64,000 nt of DNA. It comes from Ophelia neglecta (Eukaryota). The notes beneath the pieces were generated by a model. The model was given only the letters and a program-made list of their open reading frames with translations. It was not told where the DNA came from and ran no database searches. Positions 1 to 11,815 of this stretch are shown in pieces. The stretch spans positions 49,724,001 through 49,788,000 of the forward strand of contig OZ260665.1 of assembly GCA_965285935.1 (NCBI GenBank). Reading direction: 5' to 3'. The translations under genes and the position numbers were made by a program. Position 1 is the first letter of the stretch. The number at the start of each line of letters is the position of its first letter.

Positions 1-1466
1 CACTGCCAAAAACTATTTATTGCACCATTATTTTTAATAAGTGTATTCTCAATAACCAGTTTTGGGTTTTCCTAATCAATGGGTTGTGTCATAGGACAAG
101 GAGGATAAAGATTCTTTGTGCTCTGAATAAGTTTACAAATAACTGTTTTTACAAGCACACACTCATGAGCTGACTACTTCATTTCAATTTTCATGCTGTC
201 CTCAAGTATTTTTACACACCATTCTCTTTATTTCCTGAGCCACGCCAGCAACTTTGACAATAGATACATCAGTGTTCAGAAATAGATTGTGGCCCTCCTT
301 TGCTTTGATTGTCAAACCGAAAGAACAATATGAAAGGGGAAGCCCTCCTCTCGAGGGTGGCCATGTTTTGATCACTCCTCAATGGCTTACAGGAAATGTT
401 TTTGAGATAGGTGATGCCACCCTAGTTTCTATACTACTTCCTCTACAGCAATAAGGTGATAAAAATTTGTTAACAAGATTGTGCCAAAAGTATTGGAACT
501 ACAGGGCAGAAATTGACAGGAAGGAAGCGTTTTAGGTCCAAGAAGAATTGATTAACTTAAGGTTCGTTGCCAATGCAAAATAATATAAAGTGATTAGCAA
601 TAATTTTTCGATCATTTTTTGTTCTCACCATTTCAGACAATTTTAAGAGCAGTGAGGAAAACAATTTTGTTTGGAAAGCAATTTTGTTTGGAGGGGGGGG
701 GGATTTTTTTTTGGCTTTGGTTTTTCTTGGGGCAGAATATCCAAAACTCAGTTTTTTGGGGGTTTTTTCTCACTATTTCAGGCAATTGAAGTGTTTGGAG
801 CAAAACCTTATTTTTGGTAAGGGTAAGTTCTCTTGGACTATTGTCTCCATTTTAGGCAATTCTAGGTTTTGATGGGGGGGGGGGGGGGGGGTCCAGTTTT
901 TCTCAGCAAATATTTAAAAGTCTGTGATTGTAAATAAATACACCCATTGATATATCCTGTGCATTATTAAGCTGCACCTGCCATGCGATTGAGTTCTTCA
1001 CATAGGTAAAATTGATGCTCTCGTCATTTACATCAATTCCATACAGGCTGCTATGCTTATCTTAATGCATGTGCCTACTGGTAAGGCCTCCCATCTCTCC
1101 CCTGGGATTACAGAAGCATTTTGGCTAGGCGTGGCCAGTCACTGGACAATCTAGTACAACAGGTCCAGCTGTAGTGGATAGGCTCGGATGACTCATAGTT
1201 GAATTAGCATTATGAATGTAAAAGCTCTGCCTCCTACGTAATTATCTATTTATGTTTTACATGTATAAGCTTACTGTATCTACTAGTTTGGTTTGCATGT
1301 ATATGTTTACTGCAAGTACTAGTGATGAATGCCAAAGAGGTTTACTAAGAGTGGAAGGGGTAAGGGAAGTTGGTGTGTGTGTGTTTAGAGGGGGACAGGG
1401 GTAGGTTGGGGAAGAGTTTGGTTGGGGTAGGGAGGGCAGAGCGTGGAAGGTAAATATATACATGTA

Positions 1467-1560
1467 CAGTGAAACCTGTGAATTGAGACCACCCTAGGGA
1501 CTGGAAAACACTGGTCTGATATTTGAGGGGACAGGTTTATACATCTAACAGTTTCCACAG
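1467..1560. mobile_element. Partial pogo/Tc1-mariner-type MITE (left end)
   Basis: TA followed by CAGTGAAACCTG, the same terminus as the complete element at 23313-23482; internal ccctagggactggaaa matches the reverse complement of that element's subterminal sequence. Right end not intact. Confidence 0.55.
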
Positions 1561-2628
1561 TTGTCAGAAAAAAAAATGTGGGGGGGGGGCAGGGGGTCTG
1601 GAACTTTTTTTTGGGCAAATAAATATTTAGGAGAGTCTTTTGGGGGGTACTACCCTAGCTTTGGCTTTGCCAAAAACATGTTTACTATCCCTTGTAATTG
1701 GCGGGGGTTTGCGTTTCTAAATGCCTTGTTTTATTTACATCACGGTAATCATGTTGGACTTTTTTTGTATGTCCAGCTTTTTTATTTATATTTAGTCACC
1801 TAACCATGCACCAATTTTATATGGAATAGTTGACCATCTAGTTTTTTATTTCCTTCATCAAATTGTTTAACTGAGATTGATGATGCAAAATTATATCACT
1901 GTGCGAATATGAAGTCCATGCTAATGACCCTTGTGCTCAACATGATGACTGTTACATCCATCGCGATGACTGTTAACAATATTTATCTTTTCTTAATTGT
2001 TCTCAAAAGAAACTATTTAATGTGGTAATAACAAACCTGTTTAGTCAGCTTAACTTGTGCAAAAAAATCCTTTGCCTGGGAAGATTTCATTTCTTTTTCA
2101 ATTTATTTTAAAGCCATAAGTTAGAAACTTTCTCAAGATCCTTGTATGGGTTTAACTGAATTAGATTTAGTTCTTTGTCTTATGACAATTTGTCATTTAG
2201 CACAATCTGGATTCAATCCTTACTATCTATTAGTATTATCAATTAAGTCTCCAAATGGATACAAAACTTTTTGCACTATCCAATTTATATGAGAGAAGTT
2301 AACCAGATTACCAATTATCTACTTCCATAAAATAAAGATGTATGTCTAGAATTCACAAATTGCAATAGAAAGGAACATCCCAAGACTCGACATGAAGTCA
2401 TAAGAAAAGCATGTAATACATATAGATTATATACATGTATACTATAGTGCACACGCTAGAAATGGTTCTTTTCTCGACAAATCACTTTATAAATAATATG
2501 CTTTTAACTGACTAATACCATAATATATGCTGCACATCAACCTGACATAAGAGAAAGGCAAACACATTATTGGGTGCTTATATATTATGACAGACTACAC
2601 AAGGCACAAGAGTATTTAAGTCTGGAAA

Positions 2629-2667
2629 GAGGACCTTGACGGAGGACCTTGACAGAGGACTTTGACA
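2629..2667. repeat. 13-bp tandem repeat x3
   Basis: gaggaccttgacg / gaggaccttgaca / gaggactttgaca. Confidence 0.8.
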
Positions 2668-3069
2668 ATTTTTTTTTTTCATCATAAATTTGAGACGTGT
2701 GAACTTCATATACAGGTAGTGCACCCATATTTGAGTCAAATTTTTAACAGATGTGTTACGCCTAATTTAAGATCTGAAAAACGTATTTTGTGCGGCTTGT
2801 AAAGGGTCAAATACGGTATGTGGTAGAATTCCAGGTGGGATTCATTTCAAGGTACTCTTTCCATACCTTATTACCCTTGTGAACGGCTTGCAAGCCATGG
2901 GCTAAAACTGGCTGCCAGCTGCTTGTCACTAAGTGGCCATGTAGAAGCTTGATGCCGGGTCATGATTTTCACAGGTACACATGTCAGAGACTTTGTCAGT
3001 TCTAGGGAGAATGAAACATAAGGTGCCTTGCAGTAGTTTTGTTCCAGAAAAAGGTCAAGATAACTGCCA

Positions 3070-3313
3070 AATTTTTTATTTTATTTTGTAAATCAAAGCT
3101 CCTATCTTAAAAGTTGTCAATGTTTAGGTTCACAGTGTATAGGTAGTGGTGAATTTTTTATTTTATTTTGTAAATTGGGCTCCTATCTATAAAGTTGTCA
3201 CCGTTTAGGTTCACAGTGAATAGGTAGTGGTGAATTTTTTAGTTTATTTTGTAAATTGGGCTCCTATCTATAAAGTTGTCACTGATTGGGTTCACAGTGT
3301 ATAGGTAGTGGTG
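3070..3313. repeat. ~81-bp tandem repeat x3
   Basis: Three adjacent copies of aattttttattttattttgtaaat...ctcctatct.taaagttgtca...ggttcacagtgtataggtagtggtg starting at about 3070, 3152 and 3233. Confidence 0.9.
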
Positions 3314-6300
3314 ACCGTATAGGTAGGTATGGTCATCAACATGGATTCTGGTGAGTTTTATAAGCAGCACTTAAATCAAAGGTTTAATATTGCTTAATAT
3401 AAAATAATGGTAACTTGTCACCCAATTCACAGTTAAAACTGAACAATAACACTGTTATATGGCATACAGCATCCTAGAAAATTGACATGATATTTGTAAA
3501 GCCGAAAAGACCATTTTATAGTCATCTAAACATACTGTACGGCCATTGTAGGTCATTGTACCATTTCTAGTATGTTACTATGTTGTTTTGAACAGGGGTT
3601 TTGCTTAGTTTAAATAGATATGTTTATAGTGAGGCTTCCTTATTAATGGTTTTTTTGACAAAAAAAACTGATATAAGCCATGGAAATGACCTAACAGATG
3701 TGTGGAAATTCCCTATCTGCCTCCATATCATTTTTCTCTACTTACCTGAAAGGGCAGCATTACCTACCCTGTGGGTTATCATAAGAAGTAAATATGCTAA
3801 ATGAAGAAGTTATTACCAAGGAATCCAGGTTGACGTATGCCTATTTTTTCGAGTTAGTTCTAAACAATTTTATTATATAAAGCCGCTTTCACCAAATCAG
3901 ACTAATATTTTCATTTGTTCATGATCATGCAATTATAGTATTATTATACACCCGATTTTTCCAAAAGAATCTATGTATATGTAACTTTTAGAAGGTTTTC
4001 TGCAAAACTTGAAAAGTAGTTATACTTTTTTGCTTATTATGAAAAAAAATATGGTGAATTATTTACGGTTACAATGACATTCAATAAACCTGCAATGGAC
4101 ACACGTATTGAATGATGTCAAACAGTGTCATATTTAATATTTGTTTTCATCACCATAAATTGAAAATGCAGTCTTTTTTAAGAATAGGAGACAAATTACT
4201 TTGAAATCTGAACTATCTGGTATGTTGGGTATGATGCATACCATATTAGAATATTAGAAACTTCAGAAAAAAATAAATAGGTAAATAAATTAATCCCCAA
4301 TACAAATAACTAAAACCAAGTTTCATGTATATGTTGAACAGATTAGCTACTATTGAACAAATTTATTTCTTGGAAATAGTATTTATTGTAATTAAATATG
4401 TAATTGTGTTCGAACATGAAATTATGAGAACAACATAAAACTAAAAGGCCAGCAACAGCATTGGCACAAGTACCACAATGTCAGATTAAATTTCCCCAGG
4501 GTTGCCCCATTCACATTCTGGGCTCTTTGCAACATACAAATCAACATCTGCAGTCAGATTTATGGGATATCCCTATAACATAGAGCCATGGAATCAGCTA
4601 CTTGCATTTCATATCAGGCAAACAACTTAATTTGCTCACATGTGCCAGTTGACCCAGTTATATGGGGCTTTAAGCAATGAATAAACATCTCAAAATTTTT
4701 TTTTCAATTTTCTTTCAGAAAACATGGGTTATGAATTATGTGAATCCCCAGTATATAAAGTGATGCCGACAAGCCTCAGCAAGGACGACAAAGGCCAACA
4801 GAAGGATTGGTGTCTTTTGGCAACAAATCTCCATTATCAGTAAGAGTTACATGACACATATACTTGTGCTTCACCATGCATGTGGCTGTTCAAGTATTTA
4901 ATCTTGTGAACAGCCATGCAAAAAAAAAAGTTTGCTGTCTAAATTAACTTTTTACTCCTTTGCCTAATAGTCTGTATGTTTGTGGTTTCCCTTTTTTCTG
5001 TTTCATATATTAATACATGAGAAAACAGTATTAAAGCATTAAGGGTTCATGGGTTCTAAAATGAAGCATAGATGGCGGCTTGCAAAGGAATGTGTTTTCC
5101 TCCACTATTAACTTAAATAGGGGATTCTAATATAGATTGTAAATTTTCTCATGCCTATTGGATTTGGAACTATAATCATAAATTTTTTTTGGTGTGAATA
5201 CTACTCGTATTTACCAAGTCCTGTCATGTTGATTATCAGACTGCTTAGTGAATTAGTCACCACTTTCAATGTTTGTATCCTATTGGATACCCTTTAAATT
5301 TTGGTTGGGGCAGTTACAAAAAAGTTTAATACAAACTGTTGTTTTGATTGTGTCGCCCTATTAATATAACTTTATTTCCTTCGTGGAAACCAGAGGCTGG
5401 AGTGAATTAAACTAGACCTCCACAGACCAGAGGACCATGCTTCATTGAAATTAAATGGTAAAAACCCAAACTTGGAGGGGAATTTATTTAAGCCTCAAAA
5501 AGGTATTTCATTCCTGGTTTCCACACATCACCTTTGTGACTTCACATCAAAAAATGTCTCCCTCTGCTGATTTTGCTATAAGTTTCAGTGTTATAACCAA
5601 AGTTGTTGAGTGAAAATATAGTCTGCACTATAAGAGGGTGCATTAACAGAGAAACACACTATAGTAGGCCAGTAGTGGGCTTCACCATTTGCAATGTACA
5701 CACTTGGTCACAGTCCATGGTTGTATCTGCCATGAGTGAGGTCTTCTTTCATTTAGATTCCATTGTTGACTGTGACAGCTTGTCACTGGTGCATATAAAT
5801 TCTTCTTCTTGATGGCATGACAGACAGACAGACCTAAATGTAATTTTTAGTTAAACTAGTCACTTTTAACTTGGCTTACATGTAAAGCAGGAAGGCATAG
5901 TAGTTATGATTTATTCCTCGCTATGACAACCATAATTTAAAATAATAATATCATACCTGTCCTTGTATTGTATTATATGTCACTATGTTTTCATGGAAAA
6001 CCACTATTACAATCAGTGCACCAGTACACAAGCTTAGTGGAAACAATTTCATATTTAATTTATCATTAATAATGCATGTGTTATTCACAGAGTGTACCTT
6101 TACAGGGAACTACACTATAGTTACCTAAAGAAGACCCACACCAATTGAAATGTTCACACTCCATGGTTGTATCTACCTATGTAATGATTCATTGAGGATC
6201 ATGAGACACTGTGTCTTTTTCTTCATACAACACATGCCTTCAAACCACATCACTGAGCCAGTTACACCGGTAGAAATGGTTAGAGCTATGAAGAAAATCA

Positions 6301-6628
6301 TACCGCCTCTTTCATTTATATTCAATTGACGGAAGTAAGTCGGCTTAGGGCCAGGTACTCGTTAGGTGGCAGCTGTCAAGCAGTGCTAGATAGTCAGCTC
6401 ACTTGACAGCTACGAGTACTCAGTCACGAGCTTGGGCTTGTCACTCACATAAACACCGATGAAGGTCTTTTATTTGTTACTTGTCGAGTCACTTAACTTT
6501 GAAAGTTTTGTAAATTATCCATAAGACAACATACAGACCACACTTTACTTTATTCCGGCGTTATAATGACATCTTAGGTAAGGAAATCCTCTTTATCTGT
6601 TGTCAAATTGGTAGATTCCTTTCGATGT

Positions 6629-6683
6629 CCACCATCTTGGTATTTTTACTTCCGCTTGCCGCAAGATCGGGCGCAAGATGGCG
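6629..6683. promoter_or_regulatory. Putative bidirectional core promoter (divergent YY1-like motifs flanking an ETS site)
   Basis: CAAGATGGTGG on minus (6629-6639), ACTTCCG (6648-6654) and CAAGATGGCG on plus (6674-6683) in a local CpG-rich patch. Confidence 0.4.
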
Positions 6684-6884
6684 TAAGCGCAGGTGAGGTG
6701 ACAGTACAGGTAAATCTTATTAAGGCAAACTTGTTATGTGTCCTTTGAAGTTTCATCGAGGATTGGGGAAAGAAAAAGTCCGTGCATGAGAAGCCCAAGG
6801 TCAACGCCTTTCATTATTTTTTTTTTTGCTTTAATTTACCCGTGGGCATGTTAAATACACCTTAAAAACTTGAACGTTCGGGAC

Positions 6885-7165
6885 TGGAAGCCGTAGCTCA
6901 GTTGGTAGGACCGCCCGACTTTCTAATCACTTCCGTTTTGGCTATAATGATCTCACCTTTCCACCAACCGAGAGCAGGCGGGTTCGAGTCCCACTCAGGT
7001 GGCACAGGCGCCAACCTTGAAGCACTATCTACTGGCCTGGGTACGAGCTACCCCTAGGGGATCGCGTGGCTACGGTGTCCGTACTATGTACGACATTAGT
7101 AACACCCCCCTCTGCCTCCCCGAACTAGAAGGTAGTGCTTCAGAAATTGCACTTTGCACTTTTTT
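6885..7165 (+). mobile_element. tRNA-derived SINE
   Basis: Pol III A box TAGCTCAGTTGGT (6894) and B box GGTTCGAGTCC (6981); acceptor stem cannot pair, so not a tRNA; GC-rich body and (TTGCACT)-repeat/T-rich tail at 7147-7165. Confidence 0.8.
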
Positions 7166-7968
7166 ATAGATTTTTTCTTATACCGACGGGCGTGGGTTTT
7201 GGGCCAAAATGGTTTCCAGGGTTAAGGAGAAGTGCCCTAGAGAGTTAGGCTCTCAGGGGCCCTTCTCCACAACCCTGGAATAAAAAAGAAGTAAAACAAA
7301 AACACTATTTACTAAATTTATTATTTAATAATGTTTAATTCTATTTTATACTATTTGATGGACTATACTGTCCACACTTCAGCTATTTATGGGACTATAC
7401 TGTCCACAGTTTGTCTTCTGTTGCAGGATCACTTCCTATGGTCCAGTAGTGCTGCATGCTGGGGGAGTAGTATACCATGACTGCACAGCTCTGGCAGGTC
7501 ACTGCTAACAGCACAGCCTGAAAAGAAGAAAAGAAGAAGATTGCCTTTATGTTCATTGACCTCCAGGGATTTGCAGTTTTTGTGTTATCTGATTAGAATA
7601 TATAACACAATATTGTAATCCTTGTAGGTGTAATATGAGAAAATGTAACTCAATATATACAATTCGAGTGGCAAATTCATTCACATGCAGTAGCTGCATG
7701 ATGATTTACAATTGAAGTTCTGACTACATGATGCATATCAGTGAAGGTTTAAATAAGTCTATAATGTTTTTAGTTTTATATGTTTGAATTGCATGAACAA
7801 TTCAATAAAAATGCCATTTGCCATGCACCATAAGTATATCAAAGCATGTTCCACAGTAAAATTGAGGGGGTAAGTCAAATTATCTTTAATTGTAGATATA
7901 CTTACAAATCATATGACCTCTAAGCCTTGTAATGCTAGCCATACATCCCCATTTCTGGATGAGACCAA

Positions 7969-8150
7969 GACCTGAAAGTAAACAGAATAGTCCATAAAGC
8001 ATAATTCTACATTTGATAATGCCCTATCAATTAATACTAAGATCTAAGATCATTTGCCATATTGCATGGAATAGATCTAGACCTGAAAACAAACAAAAAA
8101 GTCCATAAATCATAATTCTACATTTGACAATGCTACATCAATTATTAATT
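7969..8150. repeat. ~110-bp tandem duplication containing a minus-strand splice acceptor
   Basis: gacctgaaa..aaaca.aa.agtccataaa.cataattctacatttga.aatgc at about 7969 and 8080; a third diverged copy lies near 8412. Confidence 0.7.
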
Positions 8151-9001
8151 TCTGGTGTTCCTAGCTAAAAGTCATATTAAGCTATTTAGTCCACACTGTT
8201 TTCAGTTATGTTGTTTAAAATAAATGAACTTTTCAACATAATGACATTTACAGGCATATCTTGCCCCTTAAAGCAAGTATATCAAAGAATAAAGCTGGGG
8301 GTTGGGGGATGGGGGAAGGCATATTATATCTATTTGCATTATAAACCTACACATCAGTACATGAGCTCAGAGCCTTGTTTTTACCAGGTCTCACTGCATG
8401 GATGAGATCCAGAACATAAAAACAAAGAAAAGAGCTCATAAAGTACACTTCCATATTGGAAATAATGATCAATAATGAACTTTCAATCTATGGCAAGACA
8501 GCTAAATGGATATAATAAACAAGGAGTCAACAACAGTGTCTCCAGGCAGGACAGTGTTGTGGTGGTCATGGATCAGTGAACTTTCAGCACTGTACCTAGT
8601 CCATGCAGGTTTGTTGTGATCGTCATGGTTCGGTACACTTGTAGCCCAGTACATTTCAATGTGGACTACCTGTGGCTGGGACAGCCTACTATATCCATAG
8701 GGCAGATTTCTACTCAGATAAGGGTCCAAAATATGGTAAACTTTAAAAGTAAATAAAAAGCATTTCTAACGGAGTCATGCACGCCAAGCGATACTTTTAT
8801 TGATCCTTGGGACCAGGACTACCATATAGGCATATAAAATGGCAAATTTTGAAAAAAACTCAACTTCGTTATTATGCATTTTTTGAGAAAAGTTGTCCAT
8901 TTTTTGACCTAAAAATTCTGGACTGTGTAGCTAGGACCTATATTTAGCTTGTATTAAAATTTGAACAACACCCGACAACCTTGACTTTTTAGGAGCAAAA
9001 T

Positions 9002-9027
9002 GAACCATGGACTATAGTCCATGGTTC
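9002..9027. repeat. Perfect 26-bp palindrome
   Basis: gaaccatggactatagtccatggttc equals its own reverse complement. Confidence 0.9.
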
Positions 9028-10105
9028 GATTTGAAACTCAAAAATCAACATGCTCAGAAAATGACGAAATTTCACCAGGTGGTTTTGGGTGGCCATGACC
9101 ATCTAACCCTGGAGTAAGACTTCCCAATTCCTTCAACTTTTTGAGAAAATGATTTTTTAGCATGCTAAAACAGTCAAGAGTTATACATATCACAGCATCA
9201 CAATATTTTGGATTTGGGAGGGTAATTATATACGTTATACATCTGTAAAGTGAAATTTGCACTTTTTTGGGTTCTTCTCATATTTTTTGCATGTTTTAGA
9301 ATCACTACCTGGTCACCCCTCTCAGGTATATATGGTGGACTCACCCAAACATCATATAGGTAAACACAGTGCTGTGTGGTCAGGTTGTAATAACCTTTGA
9401 GCAATCCATTAATCAGCAGTCATTAAAGAACAATAGCTTTTATGAGGAGGTACTTAGGCTACACAATATCATTTCACATTGAACTACAATGAATGCAGAA
9501 AACCCAGATTATGATTATTTTGATTTGTATGCCAATCAGTCACCATGGCTAGGTAGTAGAGGAATTAAATGTTGATGGGCAGTGTGGGGTGGGGATTGGT
9601 CAGGGGGGGGGGGGGAAGGGGGATGGGTGAGGACGAGGAAAGGCCTTCCAGAATAATCCACTTGTATATTCGACACAAGCATCTAGGAGTCATTGTTTGC
9701 TATTCCCATATTGGCAATGGAAAACAGGGGTGGGGTTCCTTATCTATGGAACCCCCCAGCACTGACCCTGTAGTATTATTTCTTCAATTAAAATTCCCTT
9801 GTTCCTCAAAATCTTATGCTATGATTTATGAAAAGTACCTTCTCTATATTTGACCCTTGAAAATAAGCACAATCTACATGTTTACCCAGCACTATTTAGC
9901 AAATATGTCCATGTTAAAAATCAGTTTTTTTCAATTTGACATGACCTCTTTACAGCATCATCTTTATAAGACACAGTCCTTATACCGTTGGCAAAGTTGA
10001 AAAGTTATTATTTCAAATAAAAAATGTTTCTAGGGCCAAGGTTCTGGAAAATAGTCAGGTGCAATATGGTCTCAATCTGCCTCAAAGAGTGAGAGATCTG
10101 ACCTA

Positions 10106-10214
10106 GAAATAAAGTGATGAAAACTGGTCAACAGATCTATAACAAAGTGATGAAAGCTTGTCAACAAATTTGAAACAAAGTGATGAAAGCTGGTCATCCA
10201 ATTTGTAACAAAGT
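10106..10214. repeat. 33-bp tandem repeat x3.3
   Basis: aaagtgatgaaa at 10111, 10144 and 10177, partial at 10210. Confidence 0.85.
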
Positions 10215-11651
10215 AGGCCAAGGTTAGGTTACTCCAAGAAGCATTTTTTGGACCACAGGGAATCATTCATATGTAATATGGTGGCTATCCATGCACTAGT
10301 TTTGGAGACATGCATCCGACACTAAGTATGGATGAAAACACGTTCTTGACAATTCTGTGCCCACAGTATAGTAATCCCAAAAGGTAAGTTTTGGGCTCTT
10401 GAGGTTTACTCATGTGTAATACGGTTGCAATCCAACCTGTTGTTTCGGAGATCTGCCCCCAAAATAAACTGTAAATGATATTTGCTACCCAAGCTTTGAT
10501 TAACAGTCTAACTACCATTATGAAACAGTCAGCTACTTTAATGGACAATATGTACACTAATGATGTTCAGAACAAGGAGTTATGTGCACATTACATCCTA
10601 TAGAGTAGTTTTAATGTTTGCAGATTGGTCTGGTTTTACTGTTTTTGGTACTATTTTCCGCAAGCGCCTATCAAACACCTAAACGATTATTGTGTAGTCA
10701 TAGTTTGAGACGCGAGTCTGTAGTTTTTAAGAACTTTCAAAGAGATAACAGAAGTTCGTGTTCATACCACTTATTCATTATATTTGTGAAACACACTTGA
10801 TTTGTCGGGAAAGAAACTTTCCTCCATTTCCACTTATTATTGTTGGTCTTTCTCATGTTCTATCTAAGTTTTCACATAACAACAGAGACCAAGGAGATGT
10901 TCATTTAGCTCGGACCACGCACTTTACATGTGAAAGTTGTGTTTAACTCTAGGTTAAACTTAATGTAAATATAGTGTTACAGTAATTACTGTCAAAGCAA
11001 AGTTGTTGAAGGTCCTGCCCAGCCAGGACGTGTATCCGTGTAGACAGTGTATAATTTTAGGCTATGTCTCATTCGAAATACGTATTTCAACCGTTATGCA
11101 TGATGCGCACATATAAACATGCTAGGATACTTACATTAATAAGGAATATTTAGCGTGACATTATCCTAGTAACGATTGTAATCCTCGCAAATCTCCTACC
11201 ATGTGGATTGACCAGGCATGTTGATATTATGACGGAAGGAGACTGCTAAAAAAATCATAGTGAAAGTTTGGAAAAACAACGCTTAGGAAAGTAGTGTGGT
11301 AGTGATACCTGATACAACGCATAATCATAACTTCCCATACTACTTAGGTTTTAGCGCCTGCTGAATATTTCATAGCCTTAATTATTTTACATTATATATA
11401 TGTCAATGATATGAATACAATTTATGCTTAATTTAGTTTATAATAAATGTGGCAGTGTTTGCATGGTATGAAATTATTTATTCATTGTAGTATGTAATAT
11501 TAACAACTTTGATCTTGATTCAAATAACGTTTAGAAATTTTTGGGAAATACATGCATGCTGGAAAATAATGAAATTTCTCCTTTATTCAAGTACAATTAT
11601 TTCCCTTTCTAGAAAAGTGAAATTTATCCAGATTTTTCTACTTGGGCCCGA

Positions 11652-11815
11652 CCTAAAGGACACCTGACAATTAGGGACACACTGACTTATAAGAACATTG
11701 TTTTTAGTACAGTTGTAATACTTTACATGTAAAGTAACCTGTGAGATAAGGACAGCTGAGAAAATGGGACAGATATCCCAGTCCCTTGGCTGTCCCTAAT
11801 TGTCAGGTTTCACTG
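11652..11815. mobile_element. 5'-truncated pogo/Tc1-mariner-type MITE
   Basis: Colinear with the element at 23313-23482 (cctaaaggacacc.gacaa.tagggac ... tgtccctaattgtcaggtttcactg) followed by TA; left TIR missing. Confidence 0.8.

Noticed and set aside
6887-7001. Intron-containing tRNA gene
   Set aside because: The 5' acceptor strand gaagccg cannot pair with tcaggtg, the D-stem is broken, and a SINE-like body and tail follow
7690-7745. Box C/D snoRNA (ATGATGA...CTGA...ATGATG)
   Set aside because: Only 15 nt between C and D-like boxes, no terminal D box, and it lies opposite the apparent host transcript
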